Positions 23,478 to 36,252 of a stretch of 51,005 nt of DNA are shown piece by piece (position 1 is the stretch's first letter; every line of letters begins with the position of its first letter). Below the pieces are notes generated by a model. That model searched no databases and had not been told where the DNA came from. It saw only the letters and a program-made list of their open reading frames with translations. Source of the DNA: Halocafeteria seosinensis (lineage: Eukaryota); the NCBI GenBank assembly GCA_001687465.1, contig LVLI01000680.1:1-51005 (forward strand). Direction: 5' to 3'. The translations under genes were made by a program, and so were the position numbers.

Positions 23478-26400
23478 ATGTCAGGAATCTACCATCAAGT
23501 GCCATTTTACCTGAGTTCAGAGCTCGATTTGGATATCAAAGTGTATATTGGACACCTTCATAGGCAAGTTTACCAGGATGAGCAGCACCGGGGGGAACAA
23601 GAAAAGTGGGAGGAAGAAGCCAGCGAGTACTACGTGTCGGTGCAATTGTTCCAGAGTGGGTTAGCGCAGCATGAAATTCCATGCGCTACCCAGGTGGCGT
23701 CCATGCGTAGAGGACAACCCCATTGGGATGAATGGATCACTATACCTTTCAGACTTCGTGATCTGACACGATTCGACCAAATTGTAAGTTCTTTGCTGCT
23801 CGAGTCTTTCGTGTGATTTCTCGTGCGAAATCACGATCGCTTTTGGAAGCATCACATTTTATTTGCTTACTCGGTATTTTCGGTTGATTCACTCTTTTGC
23901 GTGTGTGAAATGGGCTGATATTGCAGTCGGTCTGCCTCGTTGGAGTAGGACACCGGATTTTAGCGGGAAGCACAGTTCGCCTCTTTGACCATAAAATGCG
24001 CCTAAAGCGAGGATTACAGCAACTAATGCTGTGGCCAACGCTTTCTTCGATTTCAAAGGCACATGTCCCAGGAGTGGATGCTACATTTGATGACAGCTGG
24101 CCTCCTAAAAGACCTGGTGTTCCAGGACCGGAAGCGAACTCTGACCAACCAAGGACCGGAACTGACCGAGACGGAATTAATGCAACATTGCATGGACACC
24201 CCTCAGAGCCTAGTGAACAAATGAATGGTGATTCGACGATGAATGGACATGCAACTACCAATGGGGAGAGATTCAAGGAGGAGAAGTTCTCTCTAGATCC
24301 GAAAGCCCCTTCCGTGAGTCTATATTATTGGGACGAAGACTTCCACCTTGCCAAATTACGAGAAAAATATGAGCACCATGACATTCAACACATTCCATGG
24401 TTAGACAGACTTACAATCCGTCAGCTGGAGTCTCACAGAAACAGGAGGACTGAAAGCGTTGGAGGAGAGAACGTACACCCGACAGGCATCAAACTATTTG
24501 ACGCGAAACAATTGCAGGTAGTTGACTATGCTGGAGGAAAGAAAGACGTGGTTGCTGTACCGGCAAGTGATGAAAAGGCAGAAGCAGATACAGAAACAAC
24601 TTCTAAGGGGAACCCACAACCTTTGATTCTATACATTCATTTCCCTTACTTCGACCATGAGGTTGTATACGATGAGCAGATATATGAAGCAAATTTCCTG
24701 CCTTTTGCCACATCCTCCTCGTCAACTCAGTCCTTATGGGAAGTAAGTCCAACGCAGGTTCTACTCTCTTTGCCGCGCTGCTATTGAAGGAGTGTTTTCG
24801 TCTGGTCAACGCAGATTCCTGATTCTGGGCCTGACCCCGCAACTAATCCATGGGCAAGTAGATTAAACATCGTTCCCGACCCTGAGATGGGTGCTACAAA
24901 TCCCGTGGAACTCAAGTACAAGAAACTAGCGCGAGGGCTTGTTAGGACACTAGTTGACCCAAATCTGAAACCCAACCGGACCGAACTTCAACAAATCGAT
25001 CAGGTGATCAATAGGCCAAATTATAGGGTAAGAGATGTGTTGTTTTGCTTTCGAATATATCATGGTAGAGGTTGGATCTTTGCTGCAGCTGGACCCCGAG
25101 GAATCGTCCTTGCTGTGGCGTTTTCGCTACTCTCTTCTTAGCAATCCTAAAGCGCTCCCAAAATTTGTGTTTGCTGTTGATTGGAATGATGAGTCGGAAA
25201 GCTCTTTGGCTACTGGTACGGGCCCAACTGTGTTTGTTCGTGCGAGATGCTCGTTCACTGTGTCTCCATCATTGGCTACTCCAGAACTAATTGAGAAATG
25301 GGCTCCAATCGATGCTGACGATGCCCTGCGGCTCCTCTCTCCAGACTTTAGACATTCTACAGTTAGGCGCTTTGCTGTGAATACACTCCACCGATGTACG
25401 GATGAGGAACTCGTGAATTATTTGCTGCAGTTAGTGCAGGTGCGTTGGTTAAACCTGTGGTTTTCTTAGACTATTCGTTTTGAGCAATGGGATTTTTGTC
25501 CAGGCCCTGAGATATGAACCACAACTGAACGGAATTTCTGAGAAGATGCAAAGTAGTGTGGCTCTGGAAGAGGAAGAAGAAGAGGGAGCATACGACCCCG
25601 CCAAAGAATCTAAAACCCCATCCACTGCGGATGGCGACAGTTCGCATTGGCTATCCCCGTTGGCAGATTTCCTTATACATCGGGCTGGGGCGAGTCCGTT
25701 GTTGGCTAACTATTTCCATTGGTACTTGACGGTAGAGCTCGAAGATTCAGCGTTTGGTGCAGTCTTTGCTCACGTCCATTCGTGTTTTCTAGACCACCTA
25801 AAAGAGTTTAAGAGTATGTTTCTTTTACCGTGAACTTACTTCGAAGTAGTTTTAGTACCTCTTCAAGTTTCATTGCTGAGCAACTTCGCAGAAGGAAGAC
25901 GCATCAGCCAGGAAATAAGCCACCAGGTTGACTTTGTAAGGGAACTAATGTCAGTCGTGGAAGCAGCCAAGGGTGAGAAGAGCATAGAAAAGAAGGTGAG
26001 CCTCAATCCCTGCAATACGTCGTTTGATGCAGTGCGAACGCTTCTTTTGCTTGTCCAGACATCGACATTAAAAGAATATCTAAAACCGGGAGGAATGTAT
26101 AATACCCTAACGAACTTAGGTGAACCAGTTCTATTCCCGCTTGATCCGCGATTTGAAGTACGTTGACGTGCTTTTGGAGTATTCCAAGACCTGCCGCTGA
26201 ATTACCTTTTCGTTGTTACAGATAACTGGCATCCAATCAAACAAGTGCAAGGTCTTCCGTTCTTCCGTATACCCAACGCTGTTTGTTGTCAGTGTTCAGA
26301 AAAGCGATCCTGAGCGTATACTCGGGGAAGAGGAAGATTCGGCAAGTAGTTCATCCAGAAAGCGTGCAAGTAGTGGTGCAGCCAAGGAAGAGGAAAAAAG

Positions 26401-27501
26401 CCAGCAAGAGCAAGAATCATTTCAGGTACATGAACAATCTCCATGGAATTGACCAAGCCTGCAGATATCATACACACATGCTGCAGGTGCTCGTAAAATT
26501 GGGCGATGATTTACGCCAGGATCAGCTGATCATTCAGATGATCCAACTGATGGATAGATGCCTGAAGAAAGTAAACGTCGACTTACAGCTCACGCCATAT
26601 CGGGTACTCGCAACAGGGTTAGTAGATGGAGTAGATGTGCAGATTATCGTACGTTCCAACTCTAATCCGCATATTTGCAGGACGCGTTCTGGGATGATGG
26701 AGTTCGTTACTGGTAGCTGCGCACTTGAGAAGGTCAAGAATGATATCATTGGGTTTTTCAAGAAAAAGCATCCCAGCGAACATGATCCATATGGGGTAGA
26801 CAAGAATGTAGGTAACTTAAGATTTGCATTGAAGTGTTCCAAACTGTCGAACTTCATGTGTCTTGTTTTACAGGTTATGACCACATATGTGCAAAGCTGC
26901 GCCGGCTACTGCGTCATTACCTATTTACTCGGTGTCGGCGATAGGCACTTTGATAACTTGCTCATCCGCGTATGTACCTGTCAGAACTTAAGCAGTTGTT
27001 CCTGTAGTGAATCATATTTCCATGGGTTGCAGGACACGGGACATCTGTTTCATATAGATTTCGGGTATATCTTCGGTAATGACCCGAAACCACTTCCTCC
27101 CCCTATGAAGATTACCAAACATATGATTCAAGGAATGGGAGGAGTAAAGTCGGAATACTATAAGCAATTCAGAAAGTATTGCTGCCAAGGTTATACAATC
27201 ATTCGTCGGAGCGCAAACCTGTTTCTGAACCTGCTAAATTTAATGAGAGACGCTGGCATCGCAGACATGGGTGCGCATCCTGAGGTACGAACAGATCCGT
27301 GGAATGGTTTAGCATAGTCAAAAAATACTATAAACTGTTTCTTCGCAGGTAACGTTGATGAAAGTGCAAGAAAAATTCAGATTAGATGTGAACGACGAGC
27401 AAGCCGAGCGTTACTTTCTGCAACTGGTAGACGAAAGTGTCGCCGCTCTCTTCCCTCACTTGACGGATTTCATCCACAATATAGTTACTCGTTGGAGATA
27501 A
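23478..27501 (+). CDS. VPS34: Class III PI3-kinase Vps34, multi-exon
   Basis: N-terminal C2 domain (WDEWITIPFRLRDL, WLDRLT), NPVELKYKKLAR, LLQLVQALRYE, KLGDDLRQDQL, CAGYCVITYLLGVGDRHFDN, HIDFGYIFGNDPKP. Confidence 0.97.
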
Positions 27502-27517
27502 TGCCATAGCATCAATA

Positions 27518-29777
27518 TTAGGCCGGGTTGTGGCCGGCGTAATCGGGATATACCCATTTCATCGCCGACTTAACCAAGTTACCCATGCCACTAAAAACGT
27601 AAAGACCCCATTGTCCAATGTCCATGCTGTAGGTGTTATATTGAGTCTCCTCCGGCAGCAAATCCCCAAGCAAACTGTGATCTGCCGGAATATTTGCGGA
27701 CTCCTCAGTGACACACCTCCGTGTGTGAAAATATACAGCAAAGAAATGCAAGGCACTAGCAAGTACCACCAAGATATACCAAAGGCCCTGAGTGCGACTG
27801 GGAAATAACCTCTCTCTGAGGTAGAAAAATACGCCGAGACTATAAATCAACCCACCAGCGCATAAGAGAAACATCCCCTCGGGATGGAAGCAGTGCTTGC
27901 CTGCATAGAGGGGTATAATGCCGAGCCAGCCCATTAACAAATAAAGTATCAAACGAGCACGACTGTACTGTCGACCGACAGTAGTTGATATCACAATCCC
28001 CGTTATTGACAAGGACCAAACAATCAACAATAACAGTTTGGACCACCACATATGACCCAAGTTAACAATGAGAAACGGCGTGTACGTCCCAGCAATCAGA
28101 ACGTAGATGGCGGTCTTATCAATCTGATGGAATAGCTCCGATGTGTTTTCAAGGAAAAATAGCCCATGTCGCAAAGTGCTGCTCAAGTACATAGCCGTGA
28201 GACCAACTATGTAAAACATAACTCCAAAAAAGTGTCCAGGGTCTCCAGTCGACCTCGCCTTATTAAGCAAAGGGAAGGAACCCAAGATCGAAAAGAGCAG
28301 ACCCGTTCCGTGAATGATGCTATTATACACTTCATGCTGGATGAAGTTACCATTGTACTTGACTTCGATATCAGGGCGGATGACATCAATCAGCCGGTCA
28401 GCAGCACCATGCATCACACCCCTGCTTGAGGGAGTACTCCCACGTTGCGTTCCCCGGATAGCATCCTCCATTTGTCGTTCTTGTTCTCTTGATTGTTTTC
28501 GCGCTTTGCGTCTTATTTGAAGAGCTGTCAGTAACTGCTGAACTCCATATACTCTGAGGCTATTGTTGCAGACATCAAGATAAGTTAAAGATACGGTGTT
28601 GCAAATAACTCGAGACAATGCCGTGGCTCCTGCCACACCTATTCGGTTCCCTCTCAAGAGGAGCTTCTCCACCGTCTTACTATGCTCTAATCCTGAAACA
28701 TGATGATGTCACAGTTGGTTAAGTCAAACCATTATGCATGTCTTAAATTACTCACCTTTGGCTAGAGCAACCGCCCCATGCTCGCCAATGTCATTGTCAC
28801 TTAGATTTATATAATGAACAGTGTCTGTGCAAGTCGCGACTGTGCGATTAGTACTGCTGATACAAGGCGAGTAAAGCAATGAACGTACCGTTCGCTCGAA
28901 GCACATCTCCCAAAACGTATGCTCCATAATTTCTGCGTAAACAGGGATTGTATTAGCTACCGATTGCAGAAGACTTTACGATGTCAAATCTGCCTCACCC
29001 TATCTGACACCGCCGGAAGTCCAGAGAGTTGATAGTCTTATTATACTTCAGAATGTGTGCCAGGGGCAACATATCTGCTGCACCGAACGAGCTGTCCAGC
29101 TGAAGATACGTCACTTTAGTTCTGTATTGCAACGCGATGGTGATCGCTGCATGTGGCTGAGTCTTGTACTGGTCACATAGTTGGAAGTAGACTTGCAACT
29201 GCGGAACAAGTTGGTTCGCTACCCGGACGGTGTTGTAGCGCGGTGTCACGCGTCTCGACGGATTTCTTGCGGTCGAACCCGTTTCTTCCGAAGAAGCATG
29301 CGTTGTAGTACTTTCGGTATTAGTCTTGCCCGCATTGCCTTGCTCACTGTCGGCATCTGTCCGATGCTCTCCTTGGCCTGTGACGTCATTTGTTGTCGGT
29401 TCTCTAGCTCGGCTTCCGCCGTCATTTTCAGACGTGCTGCTCCCAGTATTTTGGGACCCCTTATGGCTCGTAAAATCTGTAGCGCAGTAAGATAATATGT
29501 AACACCCTGAAAACGCATGTATACGGAATTCCACCCTGTACGTACTTTGTGCGCCTGCCCCAAAATCCGGGATGTCCATTTCCTCCTCCTCAGCGGGGTA
29601 TGGGGCAGATGTAGCAACGCTAGAGGGCATATCGTGAGAGTGAGTTGGCTCCTCCGTTAGGGGGCTCTGTTTCATCGATTTGACGATATCATCGTCTAAA
29701 TCGTCCCCAAGGTGCCGGGTCATTGTGCTTTGGCGCTCCTCCGTAGAGCTCATGGACGGTGTTGGTGATAACGACAT
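27518..29777 (-). CDS. RNI-like LRR plus hemolysin-III/PAQR 7TM fusion protein
   Basis: LRR units (LKYNKTINSLDFRRCQIG, EKLLLRGNRIGVAGATALS, LTYLDVCNNSL) followed in the same exon by EVYNSIIHGTG, SSTLRH, IDKTAIYVLIAGTYTPF, YLLMGW, GGLIYSLGVFFY. Confidence 0.88.
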
Positions 29778-30891
29778 CACGATACCGGTGTATACCCGAA
29801 TGGAGAAACTCGTGAACAAAGTTGTTCTTCCGAATTCAGTAGAAAAACCATCGAAAAACACAACTCCTGAGCTGATTTCTCCCAGTTGTTTCAGTCGACG
29901 AAAAGATTGACATGTTTTGCGTCCAAAATTTTGGACCAAAAACCGTGTGGACGGGCTGTCGCACACACAGGAAACAGAGCTGCTTAACTTTTGGATCCAA
30001 GTGGCACCATATGAGTGATTGCACAACCTGATGTGAATAAGTGATTACATCAAGCTAGAAACTATCAACTTTCACTGGAGTTAGCACTTGAGTTATCCTG
30101 CCTTGAGAATAGTAAGAAAAATCTGCGTATAGCGTGCAGCGTGTACATTGGTATTGCTCCTACCGGAAGACGTGTCGTGCAGTATTGTTTTCTGCTGGAA
30201 GTTCCAATAGCAGAAACTCAAGATTTGACAAACAAAATCCGACTCCTCTGAAGTTTTCGTTGGTGTGAGGATGGTCATTCTGTGACCGTGGGTTTTCACC
30301 ACTGATCTCTTCTTAACAATGCAATGGGTGTCTGGACAGGGCGAAGCAAATGCGCGGAACATCTCTAGTGAGTGGTCAGATTGGCAAAGCTAATGAAAAT
30401 ATTTATCGGGGGTTAGTTGATATGTCTTGCGCTACCTATTGACAATACCAATTACGACCTTAACTGCTTGTGCAAGGTGCTTGCGGTTCTAGCGGTTCAA
30501 AACGAATGTATCCAACAATTCTGTACCCAATTCAGGCATAGCACAGCGTAATATCCTGTGCCAATAGAACATACTATAGTGACGTCTAATGTAGGAGTAG
30601 CGAGCGTCATAAGTACGCAGTCCCCAATGCTCGTCCGATCCTTTCATAGCAATTAGTTAGGGCACCCCTGCTATACCATCGGTAACTCGTTTCCGGGTCT
30701 TGGTATAGAGCATAGTGCCACGATAACGAATTTCACCTTGGTTTTAGCCGTTAGATCGGATCCTTGTCGCTTCCACTGTCTTCAGCACGATTAAAGAAAC
30801 ATGTCTAGGGTACCGACCCCAGCGTGGGGCAAGGCGTTTGCCACAATGTTGCACAAGTGGGTTCTTCCATTACACGATTCCTGCATCAAGA

Positions 30892-32905
30892 TTACACAGC
30901 CCCCTTCTTTTTCTTCTCTTTGGTACGAGAACGATCAATGGAGATGCCATCTTTGCTTTTTCTCCAATCGAAAAACTGTTTGTGCCAAATGTGCCATAAG
31001 GACGTGTCCCTATAACGTGCGGGAAACTTCATCCTTCTGTGCTTTGCAGCGTTAAAGTACTGCGAGTAGAACGCATTGTCTTCACCTCCCCAGGTAGTCT
31101 TGTTGATTGACGAGCCGCTGCAAGAACAGGGAGATGGGTCAATCGAGGGAAGTATCACGTTTATACTTGATCACATACAAGAACCCGACATTGTTGTCGT
31201 ACAGATAAAACCATGTCATGCCGTAGCCTCCAGAACGCACCCAAGAATTACCGGAATCCACCAAGGTGCCGTCAAGAAGATGCTGGAAAAGCTGGTCTCC
31301 ATCTTTAATCTTTCCAGTTGTTCCCATGACAATAGGGAACGATACCCGTTCACCTGCACAATTTCACACGGCGCCTCACTCGTGAAAGAATGACCATTCA
31401 TCGGCATTATTGTAACTAACCCAGCTTCGTCTGATTCAGAGCGCGGTCAATAAAAGAAGCATCAGTAGCCACTATATCCGTATCCACATGAAATACTAGA
31501 CTTCGTTCCGAAGGAGTAGGGATGTGTCGTAACGCTGAATTGTATGTCTGCTTAGGCACACAAAGTTGTTACACAAAAGCAAATCATACGCACCAATTCC
31601 CAACATAATAAAACTTACCTGGGTCCTCATCCATGGAGAGGTTGCTGGAGACCTTGACAAGAGGCGGATGCGATCCCTCCATACGGCATCCAACCGTTTT
31701 GCTAAGGGTACCTTGCGATCTGTGTCATAATCACTCACATATATGCACAGACAATGAAACCAAGGAGGAGGCTTTGAGCATCGCAAGGTGGAGTTTTTCA
31801 CAGAGGTGACAAATTGCAACAGGTTTTTTACACGGTTCCGGTGGGCTACTACTATGTAAATGAAGGGGTATCGCTCCTGTGGGCACTTTCGAAGATCACA
31901 AAAGGGATACTCCAGCGCCTTGCCCCGTTGTGAAAAGACGGGTGTATGGAGCTCGTCGTTGTAGCTGACATTCTCTAGGATAAAGGAGCGTTGTACCAGT
32001 GCTTCGGTGGCGTCTACTGGGCCCGCGCTAGCTGCTTCCCAATCAACAGGTGGGGCGTGCGTGTCGATCGCACACTGTTTCCTATACCATCGATTAAGCC
32101 TTTCACTGAAGTTCGCATTTCCCCATAAAAATTGTTCCTTGTTTGTGTCACCATTCGTCTCCCGAGGACCTGGAACTGGAATACTTCCTGAGATAGCATT
32201 CGACGGCAATTCTCTCCTCACGACGTCCATGTTGAGTGCCGTTGTATGAAGTTCGGCTAGATCCAGCTTGTTTAAGTTGGAAAGACTGAAAAGTTCTCTA
32301 GCCGGCTTCATTATTCTCTCGTAGTCGGCCGAGCTCATTGAAGGGAAGTCGAACACTCTTATACCATTATTGTCCGCTTCCGTCCGTATGTCGTTCGGAC
32401 GCATCGATGGTTCCCTGTGCTCTCTATTGGCACGATCTTGTCTTGAAGATCTATCCTCTATGCTCGATGCTTGAATAACGTTGGTATTCTCAGTGTCAGG
32501 AATTGTGTCGTGAACGTCACTTTTCGTTCGTGCTGAATGGATCCTGGGAGCCTGCACCCTGACTGTGGCTTGGTCCGGAACAGTCCTTACATTGGGGGCG
32601 GTTACCTGAGGACCATCCTTCCGTGATGAAGTTTGCTGTAGAAGAGAATCGGCTTCATTGGCTGCTCTTACAGCGGTGGTATTCACGCTTTGCAACGTAG
32701 TCAACGGGGACTCTAGAAGGGGCCCTGATGGGTCAGGGAAGTAAAACTGTGCTAACGAAATGAACACCGTGATGAAAACCACGGTCACAAATAAAACTTT
32801 GTGTCTAGCAGCAAATTTGCCGGCAGCGCTACGATTTGATGGGGAAGTATGGCCATTTTCTGCTGTTGTAGCCCGTTGCACAGTGGCCTCCTTGGCTTCT
32901 CCCAT
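30892..32905 (-). CDS. Type II membrane GT-A glycosyltransferase (GT7/beta-1,4-GalNAcT/chondroitin synthase-like), paralog 1
   Basis: N-terminal TM helix and stem, IVVAHRNR, VSDYDT, FHVDTD (DxD), GYGM, WGGED, LWHIWH. Confidence 0.8.
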
Positions 32906-33455
32906 AGTACTCCAAAGAAGAGACTCTATCTAAGAATACTACCGCCCCCTCTCATTTTGGTTTCTCTATCAATCCCTAGTGGAAACAGCAAGTACGGCTC
33001 GAGAGACCTTCAGCCGCGGAAGTTGTTGAAGTGAAACAGTACTAGTATTCTGGTCCCGTACAAATGCATATTTATGTCACTATTGGTGGGTGAAATGTGA
33101 ATACAATCTCTTTTTATCTTAGGCCTCTAGACGATAAATGAAGAACGCCAAGCATATCACATTCTGTGTAACAGATCAAGACAGCTGGACCAACGAGAAT
33201 TTAGACGAAAGAACTTCTTGTATTTCAGTGTGCTTCTTAGAAGATGCATACCTTCGACATCATTGTCAATTTTATTGGAATGAACAAAATTTGAAAGCAC
33301 TTTGTCTAGCTACTCTATCGACTCTTCCCATCAGGACTGAATTCAAACTTACGAGAACCTAGCGTTCACTTCACTATGTACTCGAGGCAAGAACTTCAGT
33401 CCACCAAAAGCATCCACCCATTATCCAATGCACAAATTTGCGTCGTATTATACAT

Positions 33456-35295
33456 TCATCCCCTCTTTCTGGAAGTGCTTTTTTTCGACGCTCTTGACAT
33501 ACCGTCTTTACTAATCCGCCAGTCCATTACTTGTTTGTGCCAAATGTGCCACAGAGATTTGTCGGTGTACCGCACAGGTCTTTTCATTGTCCCGCGACCT
33601 CCAAGTTTCACGAACTGTACATAAAAGAGATTATCTTCCCCACCCCATGTGGTCTTATTTACCGTTGGCCCACTGAACATCAATTGAAACAAAGGGTAGT
33701 TCCACTAATCGTGTAGGTGGAATGAGCAAGCAACACGAAAACACTTACAAGAATCCGATGTTATCATCATAGAGGTAAAACCATGACATCCCTTGTCCTC
33801 CTATGCGTACCCAACTGTTTTCCGAATTCAGAAGTGTTTTCCCCAATACGTGTTCAAACAATTCCGAAATATCCTTAATCGTATTCTTTGTTCCCATGAC
33901 GATGGGAAACGCTACTTGCTTGCCTGAGAATACACCGAAATTGCTCTAATTCACCGCAGGAAGTCGTACACTGTGATTTAACGATCTTACCAGGGATCGT
34001 TGCCTTAAGCCCTCGGTCAATAAAAGTTGTATCCGTAACCGCCATATCCGCGTCGACGTGGAAAACAAGGCTGCGCTTCGAGGGAGTGGGAATGTATCTC
34101 AGAGCCGAATTGTAAGTCTGCATGCTATACAAATTTCGATCCATTTTGGAAGACAGCTATACATGACAAGACGAAGACGCACTTTAGCTTTTATCCACGG
34201 TCCACTTGCCGGCGATCTCGATAGCAGCCGTACTCGATCTTTCCACGCAGAGTCTAGATCGCTACTAAGAGGAGTTTTCGACTCGGTGTCGTAGTCGCTG
34301 ACATAAACGCATAGACACTCATACCACGGAGGGGTTTCATCGCATCTTAGAGTCGCATTCCTTAACGATGAGACCAACCGAAGGAGGTTGTGGATGCGGT
34401 TCCGATGAGGAACAATGAAGTAGATGAAAGGATATTTATCCTGTGGACACCTCCGTAAGTCGCAGTACGGGTATTCTAACATTCTTCCCTTAGTTGCAAA
34501 GACAGGCTTTTCAATATCATCATTGTACGCAACATCTTTAAGCTGAAAGGATCGCTGTAGTAGCTCAGCATTTGACTTGGCTTTGGGTGTATCTTCAATT
34601 CCGGGGACTCCAAATATGTATGATGTATTCTGATAGCGACATTGCTCTGCGTACCACTGTTTGAGGGAACTTTGGAAATTGTTACTTCCCCACAAGAAAT
34701 TGCCGTGCTTCTCTCTATGATATGATAGTGGTAGTGGTGTTGGCGTGGGGATGCGTTCAGACATACCATTGGGCGGAAGTTGCGCTCTTACTTCATCCAT
34801 TCTTTCCGCCAGAGCGTGGAGACCCGTTAAATTATGAGACTTGAAATTAGCATAATAAGCAATAGCTCTTGCGGGACGGATAATTCGCTCGAATTCTTTG
34901 AGGTTATCGAAATCTTTGTCGATTGAATACGAGTTGACATGCGCGGCGTCTTGGGGTTGAGGGTGCTCCTGTGTAGCAGCCGTAGGGCCCTCTTGGGGAA
35001 CTGATCCATTGTTCTTTTCTTCTGAAGATGCATTCCTTTTCCCATGTTGCTGAAAAACTTCTGAAATCTCTTGCGAAGACATGGGCCCTTCAAAATACGA
35101 CAAATTCAAATCTGTAGCAACTATAATCATCAACACGGTGCAACCCAAAACTGCCACCGACGCGCCTAACACCCTCCATAACGACAGCTGAGTCCCAGTT
35201 TGTAAGCCGCCCTTTTTGGAAGCCTTTGACGGAGGAGAGTTTAGAGGCCTCCTGACCTCGCGATGGTTTTGTGTCGAATCGTTATTACCACTCAT
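33456..35295 (-). CDS. Type II membrane GT7-like glycosyltransferase, paralog 2
   Basis: Same motifs (IVPHRNR, FHVDADM, WGGED, LWHIWH) and similar exon layout to 30892-32905. Confidence 0.8.
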
Positions 35296-36252
35296 TTATG
35301 CAGGTGCAAGAAGTAGTCCAGCCCATGTTCCTAACCGCGAGACAGTTCGCACAATTTTCTGATTCCGAACCAACAAAAGTGTCCATCATGGTCTCGGCTG
35401 GGCTATAGCGTTATTCCAAACCTAGATATTCATTGCCTGATGCGAACCTACAGAGCTACGTAGGGTAGACTGCAATACCCGTGGTAATGGTTGCGACCCG
35501 AGTATGCGACTGGAATCCAACTCCCATTGTGCCAAGTTGCAGGGCGTAGTTGGCACATGTGCGTCGGAATCTACCTTCCCAAACATGCTGCATAGCAACT
35601 CAAATTGTCCCGAATAATTCCGCGTGTGAATGATCCTCGCATTGGCTCAGCAATTTGGCTGCGATAGCGAATATGTCTGGTCCACTGTTGGTGTGGCCTG
35701 GCCCCTGAAGCAGTGCTCATCCATCTCAGTCAATACAACACGACGTAGCCACGCTGAAGCGGATATTGTCGCTGCTCCGTTTCAACGCACTCCATAAATG
35801 GGAATTCAGAGCAACGACGCGATGAATTTCCTTCAGGTCAGCACTGCATTCGAGTTCCCTGCAATCCTGCCAATATCCAATTTCTTTTTTCTGGGCCCAT
35901 CACCACCAGTAGTACCTTTGGAACCTACGATATAGGTGGTTTCCTATCTTGGAGGCGCTCAATCGTATCTGTACGGTATATCATACCAATAATCATATAG
36001 ACCAGCTCACTTCTTCAACTTCAACCTAGGGCGTCTGAATTTTCTTGTAGAGTTGGCAATGTTGTTTGGGTTGATTCATTGCCCTCTCTTTTACGTTCTT
36101 CCATTTCCCGTTGTCCTAAATCCACGGAGCGACATATAGCCGTGTCGTCTGTGGTGCAGAGGCAAAGAGAGAAGGAGTACAAGCGAAAAAACTTTGTGAC
36201 TGGGGGTCTGCCACAGCTTCTCATACAGTAATGCTCCTAAACACAGATAAAT

